The notes under the pieces were generated by a model. The model was not told the origin of the DNA. It did no database searches and saw only the letters and a list, made by a program, of their open reading frames with translations. Position numbers and translations under genes: made by a program. Source: Octopus sinensis (taxonomy: Eukaryota). Taken from it: a stretch of 64,000 nt of DNA. The stretch covers positions 13,433,579 to 13,497,578 of the forward strand of contig NC_043026.1 in NCBI RefSeq assembly GCF_006345805.1, read 5' to 3'. Below are positions 1-10,469 of this stretch, piece by piece; within the stretch, counting starts at the first letter, position 1; every line of letters starts with the position of its first letter.

Positions 1-4
1 ATAA

Positions 5-148
5 AATACCAAATGAGTTCCCTATGGATACTGTATTTATTACAACTCGTGGCTTATAAACGTATCTAACGAGCGAAAGCGAGTTAGATACGTTTACAAG
101 CCACGAGTTGTAATAAATACAGTATCCATAGGGAATGAGTTTGGTATT
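5..148. repeat. Fold-back inverted repeat, probably the core of a palindromic non-autonomous DNA element cut by the window edge
   Basis: Arms 5-70 and 83-148 (66 bp each) are reverse complements except for a short mismatch patch (aatgagtt/aactcatt) and one G-U pair. Loop is gagcgaaagcga. Confidence 0.85.
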
Positions 149-304
149 CTCTATTTACTTTTAAAATATGTCCCAATATTCAGGATAGTTGTATGCCTAG
201 AAGTAAGTTAGTCATTACCCAATTGTCCCCGTTAACTGATGGGTAATGATTTGTTGAAATCCCTCCTTTATATCTTCGACACAACTGGCAGGGGCTTAAA
301 GGTT

Positions 305-1125
305 TACAATTGTCAAACTTAACTATGGAAGACCTGAATGTAATATTTCCTTATTGAAAATATAATCCTTTTTTTTGTCCAGTGAATTTACTGCGGTCAA
401 ACGTATGGAAGACTTGAATGTAATATTTTGCCATGGAAAATACCAAACTTTCTTGTCCTGAACATTAACAGCGATCAAACTTAGGTATGGAAGATCTGAA
501 TGTAATATTTCTTTATTGAAAACTAGCAGTATCACCCGGCGTTGCTTGGGTTTGTAAGGGAAATAACTATATAAGCATTTTTAGAGAGTTATAGCCAAAA
601 TATAGCAAAAAAATGCATTAAAACTGAAAAAAAAATTATGGTAAATTTTTTAAAAAGTCGTTGACTCATCGTAGACATTTTTAGAGAGTTACTTCCCTTA
701 TATAATAGCGAAAAAAATGCATTAAAAAATGGGAAAAATTGATGGTAAATTCTTTTTAAAATCGTAGACTCATCGTAGACGTGCGCTAATACCCAGAAGG
801 GCTCGATATGAATCACGACTATAAGATACCCGGTTTTGGTTACACTGCACCGCAAAATGTGGGAGTAGTTAGGAATCTAAATCGTAGGAGACAGACACAC
901 AACTTGACTTTTATATATAAAGATATAATCCTGTTATTATCCAGTGAATTTACAGTTGTCAAACTTTAGTATGGAAGACATGACTGTAATATTTTTCTAT
1001 GGAAAACATGAAACTTTTCTAGTTCTGTAGATTTACTGCTTTCTAACATAAGTATGGAAGATCTGATTGTAATATTTCGGTATCAAAAATATGACACCTA
1101 CCCCTGTCCTGTAGATTTACTGCGG
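305..1125. repeat. Degenerate minisatellite (~85-100 bp unit) interrupted by a Helitron
   Basis: The motif caaac..tatggaagac.tgaatgtaatattt recurs at ~315, 400, 478, 960 and 1025. Confidence 0.75.
523..923 (-). mobile_element. Non-autonomous Helitron
   Basis: Minus strand reads A|TCTTTATATATAAAAG...CCCAAGCAACGCCGGGTGATACTGCTAG|T: 5' TC, 3' CTAG, subterminal GC-rich element, A^T target, no TSD. Removing it restores ttattgaaaatataatcc, which matches the neighbouring unit at ~351. Confidence 0.85.
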
Positions 1126-1204
1126 ATACCCAAAAGCAGACATAAGGAGCTCGACACAGACCCCTGACTCGTCAGGTCCGGTTAAACTGTTCATCCCGTG
1201 CCAG

Positions 1205-1460
1205 CACGGAAGATGGTTATTAAATGATGAGGATAATGATGATGATGATATTGATGATGATAATGATGATGATGGTGGTGGTGGTGGTGGTGGTGGTGGT
1301 GGGGTTTGGATGATTATGATGATGCTATTGGTGGTTGGCTATGGTTGTGGTGGTGATGGTGGTAGTGGTGAGGATCATGGATCATGGCAGTGACGATTGA
1401 TGATGATGATGATAATGATAATGATGTTATCATCATCATCATCATCATCATCATCGTTAC
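1205..1460. repeat. (GAT)n/(GGT)n/(CAT)n microsatellite cluster
   Basis: Visible trinucleotide runs. Confidence 0.9.
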
Positions 1461-1600
1461 TTTAATGATTTAATGTGGGATTCAAATTAGTAAACAACAG
1501 ATAATATGTAAATACAACAATTATCACAACATGAACTAATAAATACTTCTCCTGAAATACTGTAATTACACAACACATACACACACAAACAAACAAACAC

Positions 1601-1641
<41 letters not shown>

Positions 1642-1645
1642 CATA

Positions 1646-2604
1646 TACTCTTTACTCTTTACTTGTTTCAGTCATTTGACTGCGGCCATGCTGGAGCACC
1701 GCCTTTAATCGAACAAATCGACACCGGGACTTATTCTTTTGTAAGCCCAGTACTTATTCTATCGGCCTCTTTTGCCAAACTGCTAAGTGATGGGGACGTA
1801 AACACACCAGCATCGGTTGTCAAGCAATGCTAGGGGGACAAACGCAGATACACAAACACACATATATACGACAGGCTTCTTTCAGTTTCCGTCTACCAAA
1901 TCCACTCACAAGGATTTGGTCGGCCCGAGGCTATAGCAGAAGACACTCGCCCAAGGTGCCACGCAGTGGGACTGAACCCGGAACCATGTGGTTGGTTAGC
2001 AAGCTACTTACCACACAGCCACTCCTGCACCTATACACATACATATATATATATATACATATATACGACAGGCTTCTTTCAGTTTCCGTCTACCAAATCC
2101 ACTCACAAGGCTTTGGTCGGCCCGAGGCTATAGCAGAAGACACTTGCCCAAGGTGCCACGCAGTGGGACTGAACCCGGAACCATGTGGTTGGTTAGCAAG
2201 CTACTTACCACACAGCCACTCCTGCACCTATACACATACATATATATATATATACATATATACGACAGGCTTCTTTCAGTTTCCGTCTACCAAATCCACT
2301 CACAAGGCTTTGGTCGGCCCGAGGCTATAGCAGAAGACACTTGCCCAAGGTGCCACGCAGTGGGACTGAACCCGGAACCATGTCGTTGGTTAGCAAGCTG
2401 CTTACCACACAGCCACTCCTGCACCTATACACATACTATATATATATATATATATACGACAGGCTTCTTTCAGTTTCCGTCTACCAAATCCACTCACAAG
2501 GCTTTGGTCGGCCCGGGGCTATAGCAGAAGACACTTGGCCAAGGTGCCACGCAGTGGGACTGAACCCGGAACCATGTGGTTGGTTAGCAAGCTACTTACC
2601 ACAC
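1646..2604 (-). mobile_element. tRNA-derived SINE (family A) followed by three tandem ~197-bp copies of its 5' head
   Basis: Full copy at 1646-2028. On the minus strand the head is ggagtggctgtgtggtaagtagc...ccgggttcagtccc (A/B-box-like). Head units end at ~2225, ~2422 and ~2604. Confidence 0.9.
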
Positions 2605-2751
2605 AAATAAATGCGCATGCGCACAATTTTGCGTTATGCACCTGCACACAGACACAGTCTGTGCAGCAAACACCATCTCATTGACGCTGCAAGTCGGCTG
2701 CAGTGCAGCAATAAGCGCTGATGTTTAACTGCATCAAAATGTGAGCTCCCC

Positions 2752-2954
2752 CCCACTAGATGCAATGTCTGCCTGGGATGCACAGTCTAATTGCATTAAG
2801 TGTGAATACGCATCATCATCATCGTTATCATCATTGTTTAGCATCTGTTAAACGCTGGTGATGATGATGATGATGATGGTAATGGTGACGATGTATACTC
2901 ACACTTAATGCAATTAGACTGTGCATCCCATGCACTGACATTGCATCTGGTGGG
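2752..2954. repeat. Long imperfect hairpin with a 32-bp perfect core
   Basis: tgggatgcacagtctaattgcattaagtgtga (2774-2805) is the exact reverse complement of 2899-2930. Outer arms extend the stem, and inner (CAT)n can pair with (GAT)n. Confidence 0.9.
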
Positions 2955-3254
2955 ATGCATTTGAAGCAATTATATCTATATATATATCTACCTACCTACC
3001 CATATATATATATATATATGTATATATATGTATGTGTGTGTGTGTATGTATATGTATGTATATATATATATACATATACACACACATGCTGTCATGTAGT
3101 CACACTGGATGTGTTTATGTTGGTAAAATTGGTCTGACAGACATGTATATGTGTGTGTGTGTGTTTATAGATATATAGATGGATATAAATATATGTATAT
3201 ACACATGAATATATACATATATATGTGTGTGTGTGTGTATATTCAAAATGTGTG

Positions 3255-3425
3255 TGTGCCGTTGGCGATTTTTTTTCCTGTTTTCCCTTCTCCTATGTTT
3301 CCGACGAAGAGCTCCGCTCGAAACATTAAACCCTCCTTCTTTCCTGAGCGTCCATAATACTATATTTGTTGCACATCCTAGCGTCGTTGTGTTTCCCTTT
3401 GTGTTTTCATGTTTGGATTAACTTT
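3255..3425 (+). mobile_element. TA-microsatellite-associated short repeat with a decayed minimal hammerhead motif (Penelope pseudo-LTR-like)
   Basis: gttt-ccgacga-a-gagc tcc gctc-gaa-acat-t-aaac at 3297-3331. A homologous copy lies at ~47403-47600. Confidence 0.55.
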
Positions 3426-3473
3426 ATATATATATACATATATATATATGTATATATATTATATATATATATA

Positions 3474-3512
<39 letters not shown>

Positions 3513-3769
3513 TATATATATATTATATACACAACACAACACATATATATAACAATATATATATATACAAATATACATAGACATACCACTATAGATGTTC
3601 TATATATATATATCAATGAATGTATATGTATGTATGTGTGTATAGGAGTAGGACAGGCACAAACACGTGTATGTGTGTGTGGTGTGCATGCATGTGTCTG
3701 TATACGTGTGTGTATATATATATATATTGAGTGGAGTAGGATATGGCCTACTCACCTGCATAGTCAGTC

Positions 3770-4512
3770 AGGTGGTAAGGGAAGCGCGATCCCCAGTGAC
3801 TGGTGTAGCAGCATTATAGTCAACTGTTACAATGACAAAGGAGATTCCTTAGACAGAAGCAATTACAGAGTTATCAAACTGATGAATCAAGTGACGAAAG
3901 TTAGAGAGAGAGAGAAGAGACGTAGGAGTAGGCGGCTGTGCGGTAAGTAGCTTGCTTACCAACCACATAGTTCCAGGTTCAGTCCCACTATGTGGCACCT
4001 TGGCCAAGTGTCTTCTACTATAGCCTCGGGCTGACCAAAGCCTTGTGAGTGGATTTGGTAGACGGAAACTGAAAGAAGCCTGTCGTATATATGTATATGT
4101 ATGTGTGTGTTTGTGTGTCTGTTTGTCCCTCTAGCATTGCTTGACAACCGATGCTGGTGTGTTTACATCCCCGTCACTTAGCGGTTTGGCAAAAGAGACC
4201 GATAGAATAAGTACTGGGCTTACAAAGAATAAGTGGCGGGGTCAAGTTGCTCGACTAAAGGCGGTGCTCCAGCATGGCTGCAGTCACATGACTGAAACAA
4301 GTAAAAGAGACTGATAGAATAAGTACTAGGCTTACAAAGAATAAGTCCTGGGGTCGATTTGCTCAACTAAAGGCGGTGCTCCAGCATGGCTGCAGTCACA
4401 TGACTGAAACAAGTAAAAGAGTAAAGAGTAAAGAGAGAATTATTGGAGCTCATTTCATAAGGAACAGAGTTTGTTTGACTGGATGAGATGCAGTTTGGCT
4501 TTGTGGCAGGGG
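3770..4512 (+). mobile_element. RTE-clade LINE reverse transcriptase fragment split by a SINE
   Basis: IPSDWCSSIIVNCYNDKGDSLDRSNYRVIKLMNQVTKV (to ~3900) matches the RTE at 19158-19529. After the SINE it resumes with ggatgagatgcagtttggctttgtggcagggg (DEMQFGFVAG). Confidence 0.8.
3922..4433 (+). mobile_element. SINE family A with a duplicated 3' part
   Basis: Head ggctgtgcggtaagtagcttgc and (GTAAAGA)n tail. The block gatagaataagtact...gaaacaagtaaaagag occurs twice. Confidence 0.9.
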
Positions 4513-5565
4513 AAATATTTGCATTCTGATGTCATCACTGAATTGATTAACAATCGTTAGTAAGCCCTTGAGTTGTTGGTCATTTTTTGCAAAGAGCTTT
4601 AAATCATCCATGTAAATGAGATGATTTATATTTTTATCAATCATTTTATACCCGTACTGCGCGTCATTGAGCAGTTTTGGGAGAGGTATTAAGGCTAAAC
4701 AAAAGAGGAGTGGTGATAGTGAGTCGCCCTGGAAAATGCCACATGAACTTTTTACATCACCAGCATTTAGAGATTCATCGTCACTGTTCAAAGTTAGTGT
4801 GGTTCTCCATGATCTCATACTTACAGACAAAAAGTTTCGCAGAGTAGGCGCTATTTTGTACATTTCTAGGAATTTCTTTATCCAGCTATGTGGTAGGCTA
4901 TCAAAAGCCTTTTTATAGTCTATCCAGGCTATTGACAAGTTTTTGTGTCGTTTGTGACAATCTTCTAAGATCATCTTATTGATGAGTAGCTGATCTTTAC
5001 AACCATAGGATCCACGTTTATATCCTTTCTGTTCATTAGGGAATATGCTGCTGTCTATTAAAAAACTATAGGTATATTCCGTCAGGACAGATGTTAGCAT
5101 TTTATACATAGTTGTTAAGCAGGTTATGGGTCTATAGTTTTTTGGTTTATTTGTTTCTTCACTTTTTGGGAGCAAGAATGTTAAACCATTAACTAGCCAA
5201 GGAGGCATCCTACTAGGGTGTTGCAAAACATCATTGTAAAGTTCTGTTAGCAGTTCATGGCTCTCTGGGAAAGCATTCAACCAGAAGTTAGGAATTTTAT
5301 CCTTTCCTGGAGACTTCCATTTGCTTGACCTCCTGAGAGCAGATCTACATCTTCTACCTTGACACCCTCCCACTTTTGCTCCTCTAAGGAGTACAAGTCC
5401 GTAGCTATTCTATCAATCCAAGGGGCCTTTTCTTTGTGTGTTTTTTCTTCTGCCCAAATTTTATTCCAAAAACCGTGCACTTCTTCTTTTGATGGTACAG
5501 ACTTTACAGTAACTGGTGTTTTCCCTATCTTCCTGTAAAAATTTTTGGGGTTATTTTTGAACATG

Positions 5566-5748
5566 TTGACAAGTTTTTGTGTTGTTTGTGACAATCTTCT
5601 AAGATCATCTTATTGATGAGTAGCTGATCTTTACAACCATAGGATCCACGTTTACATCCTTTCTTTTCATTAGGGAATATGCTGCTGTCTATTAAAAAAC
5701 TATAGGTATATTCCGTCAGGACAGATGTTAGCATTTTATACATAGTTG
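5566..5748 (-). repeat. ~184-bp duplicate of the downstream Dong RT segment 4932-5115
   Basis: Direct comparison shows 3 substitutions. Confidence 0.9.
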
Positions 5749-6110
5749 TGTCGGTGGCACGTAAAAAACACCATCCGTTCGTGGCTGTTTACCAGACTCG
5801 TCTGGCACCACCATCTGTTCGTGACCATTGCCAGCGCTGCCCTGACTGGCCTCGTGCCGGTGGCACGTAAAAAGCACCATCCGTCCGTGGCCGTTTTCCA
5901 GCTCCGTCTGGCACCTGTGCGGGTGGCACGTAAAAAGCACCCACTACACTCACGGAGTGGTTGGCGTTAGGAAGGGCATCCAGCCGTAGAAACACTGCCA
6001 GATCAGACTGGGCCTGATGCAGCCTTCTGGCTTCACAGACCCCAGTTGAACCGTCCAACCCATGCTAGCATGGAAAGCAGACGCTAAATGATGATGATGA
6101 TGATGATGTT
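5746..6110 (+). mobile_element. 5'-truncated RTE 3'-UTR copy with (TGA)n tail, inserted in the Dong element
   Basis: ggcgttaggaagggcatccagc...catgctagcatggaaagcagacgctaaa(tga)n, the same as the end of the RTE at ~22420-22592. Confidence 0.9.
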
Positions 6111-7317
6111 GTTGTCCTTGAAGAATCGAACACACTTTTCATACCTCGCTATGCGGGCAGCCCTAGCAGATACCTTTTGCTTGATGGTTTCTACGGTGGC
6201 ATCAATATCAAGTATAGTTTTCATATATTTTTTTCTTTAATTTTTGGGTTTTTGTAGGTTTGGTAGTCTTGTCAACCTTAAGGTTTTTCAAACACTCAAA
6301 GTCAGACCTAAGTAGTTTCATTTGATGTTGGATCCACTCTTGCCAAGAAGGCTTTTTGTGGGAATGTTGCCGTTTTCTAATCTTTTCACCACATAGGATC
6401 GTTGAGGTTTTCGCGGATGCGTAGTACAGGTGGTTGAGATCTGTGATATCAACATCATTAGCTGAAATTATATCCTTAAGTGCAAGGTGGATTTTACCAA
6501 TTATTTTCATGTTTTGGTTAGAGTTGCGGATTCTTGGGAGTGTATCGCGTTCATCCATGCTGGTTTCTTTAAGTTTCAGCCATTCAATCATGATTTGATT
6601 CTTTAGTTCACGTAGTTCAGTTGGGTCAATATTTGTGTGACTTTCTTCTATTTGATGTTCATCTGTCTTAGTGTTTATGATTGGTTCAGTGAGTATTTCA
6701 CTTTGCCTATCAGTTATACTAACTCTTTCAATCCTTACTGCGTTTTTATCAGCCCTGGGCTGGTCTATAATTATTTCTTCTGTATTATCTTCTTTAACTG
6801 CGGCTTCGTTGTTTTTATCCGTTACTGAGTCGGGTCTGTCAGTATAGGGTTGGTTATTTGATGACGGGCATGGACGGCCATCTGTTGGAATACTCCGGTC
6901 GTGGGGTACGTCCAGCTCCTGTGTGTCAGGAAGATTTGAACCAGTGGCTGATTTTTCAGTCAGAATTTGGTTCAATGTTAGGGTTTGTGGTCTTTTGTAA
7001 ACCGATCGATGACCATTGTGGTTTGTAATTAGTTTTGTTGATATTTTCCTACGACGGTTTTCGGTTTATTCTACCTTAAGCTTTCTCTAATGTTATATTA
7101 TTTATTTTGTCTTTTCTCTGAGTAAGGGAGAATATAATGATTCAATATTGAGGCATGACGAGCTACGGCTCTTACATTAGGGGTTGGGTCTGTCACTATA
7201 GGGTTAAGTTTTTGAGACGCTGCCGCCTCTGAATGTAAACATCGCTCGCAGCGTAATTTCTTAAGGCTAACAGATCTGTATTCGTCTGCATTTTTTTCGT
7301 TCATAGATTTACCTCCT

Positions 7318-7527
7318 CTCTTTTACTCTTTTACTTGTTTCAGTCATTTGACTGCGGCCATGCTGGAGCACCGCCTTTAGTCGAGCAAATCGACCCCCAG
7401 GACTTATTCCTTGTAAGCCCAGTACTTATTCTATCGGTCTGTTTTGCCGAACCGCTAAGTAACGGGGACGTAAACACACCAGTATCGGTTGTCAAGCAAT
7501 GCTAGGGGGACAAACACAGACACACAA

Positions 7528-7587
<60 letters not shown>

Positions 7588-7749
7588 GACGGGCTTCTTT
7601 CAGTTTCCGTCTACCAAATCCACTCACAAGGCATTGGTCAGCCCGGGGCTATAGCAGATTACACTTGCCCAAGATGCCACGCAGTGGGACTGAACCCGGA
7701 ACCATGTGGTTGGTAAACAAGCTACTTACCACACAGCCACTCCTGCGCC
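7318..7749 (-). mobile_element. SINE family A
   Basis: Full-length match to other copies, with central (CA)n(TA)n. Confidence 0.9.
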
Positions 7750-8237
7750 TCCGGACATTTTTTTTTTAAGTGTTTTTTAAACTTATGAAGGGTTCACTCT
7801 GTCTGTGTTAGTTCGAAAAAATAATAGTAAAATAAGAAGAAAACAAAAAAGATCTGTCGGTTAAGGGTTAAGTTCTTGCGACGACGCCGCCTCTGAATGT
7901 AAACATCACCCGTAGCTTGATTTCTTAAGGCTAGCAGATTTGTATTCGTCTGTATTTCTTTTTTTTGTTGATAGATTTACCTTCAGACATAGTTTTTCTT
8001 TTTTTGTATGTGGTGTTTTTTACCCTTATGAAAGGTTCACTCTGTCTGTGGTAGTTCTAAAATATGAGAATAAAATCAAAAGAAAAACAAAGAAAGTTTT
8101 GATTTCGTTTTTGCTTGTTTGTGCCACGTGTTTTCATGTGCGTGAGTGTGTGTCCTATAAATTTCACTTAGTGTGTTCAACTTTGGGATGTATGTGTAGT
8201 CCTATGGATATCAAAATGTATATACGATTGTGTAGAC

Positions 8238-8880
8238 CAGTGGTTTTCAACCAGGGTTCCGCCAGTACAGTCCAGGGGTCCCGCAAGAAGTTACAAAACT
8301 GCTAAAATCGGCAGTAATTTATAATTCTCATCTGCAGATATGTGTGCATAAGACTATTAAATTATTGCACAGGGGTTCCCCGAGCCAGTGGAATGTTTCC
8401 TTGGGGTTCCGTCCCAGCAAAAAGTTTGAAAAGCACTGGTCTAACTAGTGTCTAACTGACTGTGTCTAACTCAGTGGTTTTCAACCAGGGTTCCGCCAGT
8501 ACAGTCCAGGGGTCCCGCAAGAAGTTACAAAACTGCTAAAATCGGCAGTAATTTATAATTCTCATCTGCAGATATGTGTGCATAAGACTATTAAATTATT
8601 GCACAGGGGTTCCCCGAGCCAGTGGAATGTTTCCTTGGGGTTCCGTTCCAGCAAAAAGTTAGAAAAGCACTGGTCTAACTAGTGTCTAACTCAGTGGTTT
8701 TCAACCAGGGTTCCGTGGAACCTTAGGGTTCCGCAAGAAGTTACAAAACTGCTAAAATCGGCAGTAATTTTTAATTCTTCTGTGCAGATATAAGACTATT
8801 AAATTATTGCACAGGGGTTCCCCGAGCTAGTGGAATGTTTCCTTGGGGTTCCGCTCCAGCAAAAAGGTTGAAAAGCACTG
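8238..8880. mobile_element. Tandem trimer of a ~200-bp hAT/Charlie-like MITE
   Basis: Copies at 8238-8438, 8472-8672 and 8692-8880. TIRs CAGTGGTTTTCAACC / GGTTGAAAAGCACTG. The 8-bp TSD gtgtagac (8230-8237, 8881-8888) flanks the whole array. Confidence 0.85.
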
Positions 8881-9261
8881 GTGTAGACATTCGAGTGTAT
8901 GCGTAATTACTCAATTTATGTACTCACTGGTTTTTCGTTTTGGTCCGTTTCTATTTTATTCTATGTAAACTTTCCGGTGTTGATATCGTGCGTGTGTTTC
9001 GCGCATATTTCATTGACACACCGTGCGTAGGAGAAACTGTACTTTGTATGGCAATAATATTTCATTTTTTTTTTCTTAGTGTCTTCGTTAAAAGGTCGCT
9101 TCCTTCAAGTTTTCTTCAAGTTCCTTTATCTAATTCCATCGATGTTATTGGATTAGATTTGTTTTTGAATGGAGAGCTCGGTTTAGTACTTTCATGTTGT
9201 TATTCAGTGCGGACTTCTCCTTTTATCATTATTTTTTTTATTATTATTATTATTGTTAATG

Positions 9262-9672
9262 TGGCGAGCTGGCAGAAACGTTAGCACGTCGGGCGAAATG
9301 CTTAGCGGTATTTCGTCTGCCATTACGTTGTGAGTTCAAATCCCGCCGAGGTCGACTTTGCCTTTCATCCTTTCGGGGTCGATAAATTAAGTACCAGTTA
9401 TGCACTGGGGTCGGTGTAATCGACTTAATATCTATGTCTGTCCTTGTTTGTCCCCTCTATGTTTAGCCCCTTGTGGGTAATAAAGAAATAGAAATAGGTA
9501 TTTCGTCTGCCATTACGTTCTGAGTTCAAATTCCGCCGAGGTCGACTTTGCCTTTCATCCTTTCAGGGTCGATTAAATAAGTACCAGATACGCACTGGAG
9601 TCGATATAATCCATTTGTCTGTCCTTGTTTGTCCCCTCTGTGTTTAACCCCTTGTGGGTAGTAAAGAAATAT
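9262..9672 (+). mobile_element. tRNA-derived SINE family B plus a partial tandem duplicate
   Basis: Head ggcgagctggcagaaacgttagc...gagttcaaatcccgcc. Central gaggtcgactttgcctttcatcctttcggggtcgataaattaagtacc resembles the Nin/Deu SINE domain (from recall). Confidence 0.85.
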
Positions 9673-9689
9673 ATTATTATTATTATTAT

Positions 9690-10000
9690 TATTGTTAGTG
9701 TTCAGGTCACTACTTGGAATCGAACTCGGAATCTTGGGGTTAGTAGCCCATGCTCTTAACCACTTCGCCATATGCCCATGGGCATATGGCATTGTGGTTT
9801 AACCCCTTGTGGGTAGTAAAGAAATATATTATTATTATTATTATTGTTAGTGTTCAGGTCACTACTTGGAATCGAACTCGGAACTTGGGGTTAGTAGCCC
9901 ATGCTCTTAACCACTACGCCATATGGCATTGTGGTTAAGAGAGCGGGCTACTAACCCCAAGATTCCGAGTTCGATTCCAAGCAGTGGCCTGAACATTAAC
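9690..10000. mobile_element. Head-to-head palindromic tRNA-like SINE units
   Basis: 9846-9922 and 9923-10000 are near-perfect reverse complements centred on gccatatggc. Each arm has A-box (tggc..tgtggtt) and B-box (gagttcgattcc) features. A partial copy precedes it at ~9690-9800. Confidence 0.8.
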
Positions 10001-10221
10001 TGCCTCACCTTGTACATACATATATTTATACATCGAGTAGTTGAATGAATTATCTTATTATGGATAATTCGGTTAACCGATACCTGGGTAGCAAATTCAC
10101 GTCAGAAAAACACGGTTGAAGTTACATGCCAAGGGCAGAGATCACGTGCTTTCGTGTGGAAATTTGTGTGTTTTTTTAAATACAAATAAATGAAAGAATG
10201 GAGTTGAACAACGAATTAACA

Positions 10222-10325
10222 AAATTCCTTTATTTTTGACATATGTTTCGAAGACTGCATATTCCTAATTTCGAAGGAATAAGGGGTGCATTATGCCGCC
10301 TTCTCATCAGGAAAAACAAGGAACT
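10222..10325 (-). ncRNA. Type I hammerhead ribozyme motif (Penelope/retrozyme-like)
   Basis: Minus strand: aguuccuuguuuuuc-CUGAUGA(10310-10304)-GAAGGC...GUCUUC-GAA-ACAUAUGU-C(10238)-aaaaauaaaggaauu. It has G10.1-C11.1, a GUC cleavage triplet, a palindromic stem III, and 12 of 15 stem I positions paired. Confidence 0.75.
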
Positions 10326-10469
10326 TATGCCAGCATCAAGATGCGCAAAAACATTTAGATGACTGCCCACACGGAGGCTCTATATATCCACATATAAACA
10401 AACTTAGATTATTTACAGTTCAGCTCTCAGTATTGAGCAAGCGTCTTTACATACATACATACACACACA

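Larger units (their letters stand above)
4513..6975 (-). mobile_element. R4/Dong-like non-LTR retrotransposon, disrupted and 3'-truncated
   Basis: RT motifs NYRPITCLTTMYK, EQKGYKRGSYGCKDQLLINK, AWIDYKKAFDSLPHSW, GIFQGDSLSPLLF and HLIYMDDLKL. N-terminal region at 6208-6975 (KKPSWQEWI). Frameshift near 5277-5373 and an insertion at 5566-6110. The C-terminal endonuclease is absent. Confidence 0.85.

Noticed and set aside
1827-2610. Recurrent ORFs such as PKVPRSGTEPGTMWLV and YQIHSQGFG
   Set aside because: They are antisense translations of SINE family A, found at every copy.
4450-4512. C-terminus of the 307-aa RT ORF (QIFPLPQSQTASHPVKQTLFLMK)
   Set aside because: It is read-through into the antisense strand of the adjacent RTE fragment, not Dong protein.
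9923-9995. tRNA gene with an ACT anticodon
   Set aside because: The acceptor stem is not convincing, and it is one arm of a repeated palindromic SINE-like unit.
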